A DNA stretch of 32,000 nt, taken from assembly GCF_000011805.1 (NCBI RefSeq), contig NC_006841.2; one strand, written 5' to 3'. Origin of the DNA: Aliivibrio fischeri ES114 (GTDB lineage Bacteria > Pseudomonadota > Gammaproteobacteria > Enterobacterales > Vibrionaceae). The first letter of the stretch is position 1; every line of letters starts with the position of its first letter. The position numbers and the translations under genes were made by a program. The notes beneath the pieces are model-generated. The model did not search any database, was not told where the DNA came from, and worked only from the letters and a program-made list of their open reading frames with translations. Positions 26,261 through 32,000 of the stretch are shown piece after piece.

Positions 26261-27445
26261 TTATTTAGTCATGCGTTTTTCAGCAGCAGCTAGTGCATCA
26301 GTCACCATTTGACGACCGTCAACAACGTTACCTAATGCTTCTTCCATGCTGTACCAGAAAGTAGTGAATTGAGGAATGTTCGGCATGATTTCACCATTCA
26401 TTGCATTATTCATTGTCGCAGCAATACGAGAATCGGTATCAAGTTGCTTTTGGAATGAATTTAAAGCTACAGCACCTAAAGGTTTATCGTCATTTAAGCT
26501 TTTCAGACCTTCATCAGTTAGCAAGTAACTTTCAAAAAACTCAACGGCTAAATCTTTGTTTGGAGATACTGCGCTGATACCACCAACCCATACACCAACG
26601 AATGGTTTAGATGCCTGACCATGGAATTTAGGCAGTGTCGTTACTCCATAATCAATGCCCGCTTTTTCGATGTTTGCCCAGCCCCAAGGACCGTTAATCA
26701 TCATACCCACATTGCCTTTAACAAATTCAGACTCAGCAACTGAGTAATCCATATCTGCCGAAATGGTTTTGTCTTTCACCATAGTTTCGATGAACGTCAT
26801 TGCATCTTGAACGCCTTTTTGGTTTACACCAGCGTTTTTAATGTCGTAACCTTCAGCGGTTTTCTTAAATGCATATCCGCCATCTGCTGCTAATAAAGGC
26901 CAAGTGAAATAAGCCCCACCACGAAGTGGCCACATGATCGCTTTTTGGCCATTCTTCATCATTTCCTTATCTAAAGCAGGGATTTCTTCCCAGTTTTTAG
27001 GTGGATTTTTGATAAGAGCTTTATTGTAAATAAGAGATACAGATTCAATAGCTACAGGGTAAGCAATTGTTTTTCCTTTGTATTCTACTGCATCCCATGC
27101 AAAATCAACGATTTCAGACTTCAACTCTTCTGAAGGTTTAATTTCCGCTAATAGGCCCGCTTCCGCAAAACCACCAAAACGGTCGTGTGCGTAAAAAATC
27201 ATGTCAGGACCATCGCCTGCAGCTGCTACTTGTGCAAATTTTTCTTCTGCTTTGTCTGGGAACGATACAGTTACTTTAATTCCTGTATCTTCTTCAAAAC
27301 GTTTACCTACTTCAGCCATACCTTCGTAAGCTTTATCACCCGTTACCCAAATCGTTAATTGACCTTCTTCAATTGCAGCAGAAGCGTTAATAGAACCAAG
27401 AGCTGCCATTGTGCATAGTGCGACAGTACTGAGGACTTTTTTCAT
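26261..27445 (-). CDS. malE: Periplasmic maltose/maltodextrin-binding protein MalE
   Basis: A signal peptide is present, and the mature N-terminus [36 protein letters not shown]...[16 protein letters not shown] is closely similar to E. coli MBP. Confidence 0.95.
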   Translation of the reverse strand: MKKVLSTVALCTMAALGSINASAAIEEGQLTIWVTGDKAYEGMAEVGKRFEEDTGIKVTVSFPDKAEEKFAQVAAAGDGPDMIFYAHDRFGGFAEAGLLAEIKPSEELKSEIVDFAWDAVEYKGKTIAYPVAIESVSLIYNKALIKNPPKNWEEIPALDKEMMKNGQKAIMWPLRGGAYFTWPLLAADGGYAFKKTAEGYDIKNAGVNQKGVQDAMTFIETMVKDKTISADMDYSVAESEFVKGNVGMMINGPWGWANIEKAGIDYGVTTLPKFHGQASKPFVGVWVGGISAVSPNKDLAVEFFESYLLTDEGLKSLNDDKPLGAVALNSFQKQLDTDSRIAATMNNAMNGEIMPNIPQFTTFWYSMEEALGNVVDGRQMVTDALAAAEKRMTK

Positions 27446-27550
27446 TGTGAATCCTTCCTTTTATAATTAATGAATCATCGGTAGGGTTGAAGTTAAAGTA
27501 GATGATGATTCAATTCTCAAGGTGTATTTTCATCAATTCATCACTCTTAT

Positions 27551-27559
27551 TCATCCTCC
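27551..27559 (-). promoter_or_regulatory. MalT box (GGAGGATGA on the minus strand) upstream of malE
   Basis: The site contains the core GGA(T/G)GA and lies about 106 nt upstream of the malE ATG, oriented toward malE. Confidence 0.55.
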
Positions 27560-27645
27560 TACTCTCTACGCCTTTTTAGTCGCCAACCAAAAGCGTGATC
27601 TCCATCTTGATATGTGTAGTGTAAGTTCACAAAACCAAGTTGAAA

Positions 27646-27661
27646 TGAGATCGCGTTCACA
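27646..27661. promoter_or_regulatory. CRP-binding site candidate in the malE-malK control region
   Basis: TGAGA-TCGCGT-TCACA differs from TGTGA-N6-TCACA at one position. Weaker CGTGATCT half-site-like repeats lie at 27594 and 27707. Confidence 0.55.
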
Positions 27662-27720
27662 TTGAAATTTAAAAAAACTTTGAACTCCATCTAATTAGTT
27701 TAAAAACGTGATCTAAGTAC

Positions 27721-27765
27721 TCCTCCCCCCTACTCCCCCAGAAAAAAAACAGAGGAGGAGGATGA
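27721..27765. promoter_or_regulatory. Cluster of opposed MalT-box-like motifs flanking an A8 tract, upstream of malK
   Basis: The sequence is TCCTCCCCCCTACTCCCCC-AGAAAAAAAACA-GAGGAGGAGGATGA. GGATGA lies at 27760-65 on the plus strand. GGAGGA lies at 27754-59 and 27757-62 on the plus strand. GGAGGA lies at 27721-26 on the minus strand. A candidate -10 element TAAGAAT is at 27784-90. Confidence 0.55.
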
Positions 27766-27853
27766 CTCAACCCATGTTTTGCTTAAGAATGTAGTCATAA
27801 AGCCAATTCCATTGGTAACGAATTTTTAAAATTGAATAATGAGGATAGACACA

Positions 27854-28963
27854 ATGACGAGTGTCACTTTACGCAACGTTTGCAAATCCTACGGCGACGT
27901 TAAGATCTCGAAAAATGTAGACTTAGATATCAACTCTGGTGAGTTTGTTGTATTTGTTGGCCCATCTGGCTGTGGTAAATCTACATTATTACGCTGTATT
28001 GCAGGCTTAGAAGACATTACCTCAGGCGATCTATACATGGGTGATAAACGCATGAATGATGTTGAACCGTCTAAACGAGGTGTCGGCATGGTCTTCCAGT
28101 CTTATGCTCTATATCCTCACCTTAACCTATTCGATAACATGTCTTTTGGCCTTAAATTGGCAAAAGCGGATAAAAATGAAATCAAAAAACGTGTTGATCA
28201 TGCAGCCGATATTCTGCAACTAGGTCACTTATTAGAACGCCAACCAAAAGCGTTATCAGGTGGTCAACGTCAACGTGTTGCCATTGGACGTACTTTGGTT
28301 TCTCAACCTGATGTGTTCCTTTTAGATGAGCCTTTATCCAACCTTGATGCGGCACTACGTGTTCAAATGCGTATTGAAATTGCAAAACTGCATAAGAAGC
28401 TAGGCTGCACCATGATCTACGTAACTCATGATCAGGTTGAAGCAATGACAATGGCAGAGAAAATTGTCGTATTAGATGGTGGTTATGTATCACAAGTTGG
28501 TGCGCCTCTTGAGCTATACCACTACCCGAAAAACCGTTTTGTTGCTGGCTTTATTGGCTCTCCAAAAATGAATTTTGTTAGCGTCTTTATTGAAGAAGTT
28601 GAGAAGAGTCAGGTTAAAGTTCAATTCAAAAATGGAGCTTCATTCTGGATCCCAGTGGATGGTTCAAACGTAAAACGTGGCGAACGTATGTCTTTAGGTA
28701 TTCGTCCTGAGCATTTAGTCCCTGCTGAAAATGGCGATGCAGTTATCGATGGTGATATTTTAGTCGTCGAAAAATTGGGATATGAAACACAAATCTACTT
28801 AACAATAGAAGATGGTGATGCGGATATGATATACCGTGTTCCTGATACTGCTCTAGTAAAAGCGGGAGAACGGTTCTCCGTTGGTATACCAGCCCATCGT
28901 TGCCATTTATTCCATAACGATGGAAAAGCATGCCAAAGACTCTATAAAGAAGCTGGCGTATAA
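27854..28963 (+). CDS. malK: Maltose/maltodextrin ABC transporter ATP-binding protein MalK
   Basis: Walker A (GPSGCGKST), signature (LSGGQRQR), Walker B ([12 protein letters not shown]) and a C-terminal regulatory domain are present. The ATG at 27854 has GAGGA 8 nt upstream and gives MTSVTLRNV, which aligns with E. coli MASVQLQNV. Confidence 0.93.
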   Translation: MTSVTLRNVCKSYGDVKISKNVDLDINSGEFVVFVGPSGCGKSTLLRCIAGLEDITSGDLYMGDKRMNDVEPSKRGVGMVFQSYALYPHLNLFDNMSFGLKLAKADKNEIKKRVDHAADILQLGHLLERQPKALSGGQRQRVAIGRTLVSQPDVFLLDEPLSNLDAALRVQMRIEIAKLHKKLGCTMIYVTHDQVEAMTMAEKIVVLDGGYVSQVGAPLELYHYPKNRFVAGFIGSPKMNFVSVFIEEVEKSQVKVQFKNGASFWIPVDGSNVKRGERMSLGIRPEHLVPAENGDAVIDGDILVVEKLGYETQIYLTIEDGDADMIYRVPDTALVKAGERFSVGIPAHRCHLFHNDGKACQRLYKEAGV

Positions 28964-28983
28964 CAAAAACAAAAAATAAAAAA

Positions 28984-29016
28984 GAGCCCAACAATGTATT
29001 GGGCTTTTGTTGTTTT
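28984..29016 (+). terminator. Rho-independent terminator after malK
   Basis: AGCCCAA (28985-91) pairs with TTGGGCT (28999-29005). The stem is followed by TTTTGTTGTTTT. Confidence 0.8.
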
Positions 29017-29075
29017 ATGCCAATACTATGCTTAATAAACTAATAGTAAATTGGTGTTAGTATGAGAGGAATATT

Positions 29076-31031
29076 GTGAACACACATCAAGCTTTTCCCT
29101 TCCCTTTAGGGGCGACATTAACTAATACTGGATGCAATTTTGCTGTTCATCATGATTCAGCATTCCCTTTATCTCTTATTATCTTCAAAGAAGATGGTAG
29201 CTATACCGAACACTCCTTTACTGAAGAGTACGGCACAATAAAATACACACACCTTACAGGGATAAAAGAAGGTGCCGTGTATGGTTTCAAAATCATTAAG
29301 AATGAAGAAGATCTTTTATTGCTTGATCCTTACGCTAAAGCTTTAAAAAACATTCCCAATTACCAAGTTCCATATACAGCAAAGCAAAGTTGGTCCCTAG
29401 CACAAGCCATCGTTGTTAACGACAATTTTGATTGGCAAAGTACCACTATGCCAATAATTCCTCGCTCTGAAACCATTTTACTGGAAACCCATGTGAAGGG
29501 ATTTACGCTTTTAAACCCTAATATCGACGAAAATGTTCGTGGTACATACCTAGGTTTGGTAGATCCAGCAACGATTGCCCATATAAAAGAGCAAGGGATT
29601 ACGAGTATTCAACTTCTCCCTATTGCTGCTTGTATGCATGAACCACACCTACTTGAAATGGGTATGGTGAATTATTGGGGTTATAACTCCCTTTCTTTTA
29701 TGGCTCCAGACCCTCGATATGCGATTAGTGATGCGGTTACTGAATTAAAAACAGCCATTAGAGAGCTGCATAAAAACAACATCGAAGTCATTTTAGATGT
29801 GGTATATAACCATACGGCTGAAGGTGGAAATGGAGGCTGTACTTTTAATTTAAAAGGCCTAGATCAAGATTATTATTTACATCACAATGGTAATTACACC
29901 AACTATACAGGCTGCGGGAATACCTTAGATATCACGCACCAGCCTAGCCTTAATTTAGTGATGGACACATTAAGATATTGGGTTGAGCATTATCATATAG
30001 ATGGGTTTAGATTTGATTTGGCTGCAACGCTAGGTCGTGAATATGACCAATTTAACCCTAACAATGCTTTTTTTAAAGCCATCGCTCAAGATCCTATCCT
30101 AAAGAATACAAAATTGATTGCTGAGCCTTGGGATATTGGCCCTAATGGTTATCAAGTGGGTGAATTTCCAGATGGTTGGAATGAGTGTAGTGATAAATAC
30201 AGAGACACAACAAAAAGCTTTTGGCGTGGTGAACAAAACTACTTAAAATCCATTGCTACACGTTTGATGGGCTCTCGTGATCTTGTTAGTGCTTCTCGTT
30301 GGCCTCACAAATTACCCGTTAACTACGTGAGTTATCATGATGGATTTACCCTCCAAGATTTAGTTAGCTACAAAAATCGTCATAATCATGCTAATGGTGA
30401 AAATAATCGTGATGGTCATGGCGATAACCGCTCCGATAACTACGGTGTAGAAGGGCCAACAGACAACCCTAGAATCATTGCGTTACGTGAAAAACAGAAG
30501 CGTAATATGATGACTACTCTATTATTTAGTTTTGGAATACCACATCTTCTAGCTGCAGATGCATGCTCGCATACGCAACAGGGTAATAATAATGCTTATT
30601 GCCAAGACAGTGAAATTAGCTGGGTTAATTGGAATTTAGATCCAACTGCGCAAGAATTTAAGATCTGGCTTTCAGATATGATTCATGCAAGACAGAAACA
30701 TATTGTCCCAATCATTAATGCTTTTAGTGGTTCAAAAAGAAGCCATCAAAAAGTCGAGTGGTATACACCTGATGGACGAACCATGACACATAACGATTGG
30801 CATGGAGCAAAATCACTGTGCTTACATTTGAATATTTACGATGGTGAAAAAGAGTTGTTAATTATGATTAATCAATCAAACATACCGACTCGATTTGTTC
30901 TCCCTAAACTGACTAAACAAGCGAACTGGTCTTTAGTCTGTGATACTCAATATTCCAAAGTAAAACCAAAACCGATTGTTTTTGATTACAGCTTATCTCC
31001 TCTTTCTATCGCTGTATTCTGCAACAAATGA
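29076..31031 (+). CDS. glgX: GH13 glycogen/maltodextrin debranching enzyme (GlgX/isoamylase-type)
   Basis: A GTG start follows GAGAGGA with a 5-nt spacer. An N-terminal CBM48-like region is present. GH13 motifs are present: DVVYNHT, GFRFDLA (nucleophile Asp), EPWD (acid/base Glu), YVSYHDGFTLQD. Confidence 0.85.
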   Translation: MNTHQAFPFPLGATLTNTGCNFAVHHDSAFPLSLIIFKEDGSYTEHSFTEEYGTIKYTHLTGIKEGAVYGFKIIKNEEDLLLLDPYAKALKNIPNYQVPYTAKQSWSLAQAIVVNDNFDWQSTTMPIIPRSETILLETHVKGFTLLNPNIDENVRGTYLGLVDPATIAHIKEQGITSIQLLPIAACMHEPHLLEMGMVNYWGYNSLSFMAPDPRYAISDAVTELKTAIRELHKNNIEVILDVVYNHTAEGGNGGCTFNLKGLDQDYYLHHNGNYTNYTGCGNTLDITHQPSLNLVMDTLRYWVEHYHIDGFRFDLAATLGREYDQFNPNNAFFKAIAQDPILKNTKLIAEPWDIGPNGYQVGEFPDGWNECSDKYRDTTKSFWRGEQNYLKSIATRLMGSRDLVSASRWPHKLPVNYVSYHDGFTLQDLVSYKNRHNHANGENNRDGHGDNRSDNYGVEGPTDNPRIIALREKQKRNMMTTLLFSFGIPHLLAADACSHTQQGNNNAYCQDSEISWVNWNLDPTAQEFKIWLSDMIHARQKHIVPIINAFSGSKRSHQKVEWYTPDGRTMTHNDWHGAKSLCLHLNIYDGEKELLIMINQSNIPTRFVLPKLTKQANWSLVCDTQYSKVKPKPIVFDYSLSPLSIAVFCNK

Positions 31032-31065
31032 AACAAGTAAGCTAAGAATCATACAAGGTATATAA

Positions 31066-31098
31066 TAAAAAAGGAGGCTAATAATAGCCTCCTTTTTA
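31066..31098. terminator. Bidirectional terminator after glgX (+) and the small minus-strand unit
   Basis: AGGAGGCTA (31072-80) pairs with TAGCCTCCT (31085-93). The stem is flanked by an A6 run and a T5 run. Confidence 0.85.
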
Positions 31099-31113
31099 GT
31101 AACTAAGCTGAAA

Positions 31114-31215
31114 TTAATCGTCTTGCTTAACCTCAGATTTTACACGTCCTTTGTGATATGTCCTATACGCTAAAACCGTCAGCGTAATTATTAATTTGGA
31201 TGTCATCCAGATCAT
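31114..31215 (-). CDS. Candidate 33-aa small membrane protein. It is below the ORF-track cutoff and may instead be a non-coding RNA.
   Basis: The ORF runs ATG at 31215..31213 to TAA at 31116..31114 and encodes MIWMTSKLIITLTVLAYRTYHKGRVKSEVKQDD, a hydrophobic N-terminal half followed by a charged tail. It lies between a near-consensus promoter and a strong terminator. The SD is weak (AAGGTAG about 12 nt upstream). Confidence 0.35.
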   Translation of the reverse strand: MIWMTSKLIITLTVLAYRTYHKGRVKSEVKQDD

Positions 31216-31292
31216 ATACGAACAATCTACCTTTATTCAAAATGGTGTGTAAAAGAGAAAGTCTCTTGTTCTTAGTCGCCCCAATGTCATGA

Positions 31293-31321
31293 AACAGTCA
31301 GAATTATATCAAAATACACCA
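31293..31321 (-). promoter_or_regulatory. Near-consensus sigma70 promoter (GTGACA-17 nt-TATAAT) firing toward 31215
   Basis: On the minus strand the -35 element GTGACA is at 31321..31316. The spacer is 17 nt. The -10 element TATAAT is at 31298..31293. Confidence 0.55.
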
Positions 31322-31390
31322 TTCCTGTCACACTGTTACACATAAAAATAACAATGCGTACATTTTTCTATAAAGGTATCGCTTTTACTG

Positions 31391-32000
31391 CTAGATAATT
31401 TCAGCCAAACGATCTTGCACCACGCCCACAATCAAGTCTGGTTGGAACTTTGAAATAAAGCGATTACAACCGACCTTTTGAACCATTGCATCATTGAAAC
31501 TGCCACTTAATGACGTGTTCAATGTGATGAATAAATCATTCATACGATGATCATTTCGCACTTCATGAGTTAATCGATAACCATCCATCTCTGGCATTTC
31601 GGCATCAGTGATCATCAATAATATTTCATCATTAACGTTTTTGCCTTCATCACACCAACTTTTCAATAGATCTAAAGCTTGGCGACCATCACTTCTTTCT
31701 ATCACTTCAAGTCCTAATTGTTGTAATGTATTTCGAACTTGAGCTCTAGCAGTACTTGAATCATCAACAATAAGTACTTTTCTGCCATGCATGTGAACAG
31801 CTAGCCGTTCATCTAACACACCTTCTGAAATGGTAATGTCATAATCAATAATGTCCGCCAATACTTTTTCGACATCGATAATCTCAACAATACGTGTTGT
31901 ATTTGGTTCAACTTCAACTTGAGTAAGCGCAGTTAAAAAATTATTACGACCTACGGTTTTTGGTGGTGGTTGAATGTCTGCCCACGTTGTATTAATAATG
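31391..32000 (-). CDS. cheV: Chemotaxis protein CheV (CheW-like domain plus C-terminal receiver), 3' portion. The N-terminus lies beyond the window end.
   Basis: The frame is open from base 32000. The upstream part reads IINTTWADIQPPPKTVGRNNFLTALTQVEVEPNTTRIVEIIDVEKVL, the end of a CheW-like domain. A REC domain follows (KVLIVDDSSTARAQV...LMITDAEMPEMDG...SKF). The track start at 31861 is an internal TTG. Confidence 0.85.
   Translation of the reverse strand, partial: IINTTWADIQPPPKTVGRNNFLTALTQVEVEPNTTRIVEIIDVEKVLADIIDYDITISEGVLDERLAVHMHGRKVLIVDDSSTARAQVRNTLQQLGLEVIERSDGRQALDLLKSWCDEGKNVNDEILLMITDAEMPEMDGYRLTHEVRNDHRMNDLFITLNTSLSGSFNDAMVQKVGCNRFISKFQPDLIVGVVQDRLAEII

Noticed and set aside
948-28994. 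About 20 short ORFs in the track lie antisense to, or out of frame within, long well-supported genes: 948-1271, 1622-1855, 2632-2832, 3252-3455, 4118-4387, 4889-5074, 8026-8253, 13749-13976, 13976-14212, 15654-15890, 18045-18377, 18328-18513, 21669-21986, 22036-22224, 23500-23682, 23772-24008, 24279-24491, 27889-28089, 28182-28493 and 28743-28994.
   Set aside because: Each is fully or largely embedded in a gene with clear family motifs. Their products are low-complexity or Ser/Leu/Ile-rich shadow-frame translations with no recognisable domains, no SD and no independent terminators.
1-32000. I searched for CRISPR arrays, tRNA or rRNA genes, IS elements, integrases, toxin-antitoxin pairs and known phage-defence gene signatures.
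   Set aside because: No regularly spaced direct repeats, no cloverleaf-like conserved tRNA motifs, no transposase or recombinase-like ORFs and no terminal inverted repeats were seen. The only repeat pair of note is the ackA-derived one reported above.

Overview
This is an AT-rich gammaproteobacterial window. Gene content and order look like Vibrionaceae, possibly an Aliivibrio or Vibrio secondary chromosome, but that is inference and no search was run. I saw no rRNA, tRNA, CRISPR array, transposase or integrase. Layout: (1) 1-10956, all on the minus strand, is an iron-uptake block. It holds a Rob-like AraC regulator, a TonB-dependent siderophore receptor with a Fur box, fhuCDB-type ABC transporter genes, and a complete Vibrio TonB2-type cluster (DUF3450/TtpB-like, TtpC-like, ExbB, ExbD, TonB, and the start of a TtpD-position gene) joined by overlapping stop and start codons. 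(2) 11096-14595 holds a PTS EIICB gene and the ABC-F ATPase ybiT. (3) 14720-19936 is a patchwork of small self-contained units: an orphan 134-aa protein, a VOC/glyoxalase protein, a type-B chloramphenicol acetyltransferase with a divergent LysR regulator, and an alpha/beta hydrolase with its own divergent LysR regulator. The hydrolase-LysR module is bracketed by ~110-bp direct repeats made of the ackA 3' end plus its terminator. (4) 19937-23397 holds a stand-alone ackA, divergent from a two-gene signalling operon: a receiver domain fused to a CheC/CheX-like phosphatase domain, translationally coupled to a PAS-GGDEF cyclase. (5) 23612-31031 is the maltose regulon: malGFE on the minus strand, a MalT/CRP control region, malK, then a glgX-like debranching enzyme. 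(6) 31066-31321 is an unannotated small transcription unit, followed by the 3' part of cheV. The observations most worth follow-up are the REC-CheC-like/DGC pair, the ackA-fragment direct repeats, the long structured malG 3' UTR, and the orphan small gene between glgX and cheV. None is proven novel. All calls come from reading the sequence and remembered family signatures.
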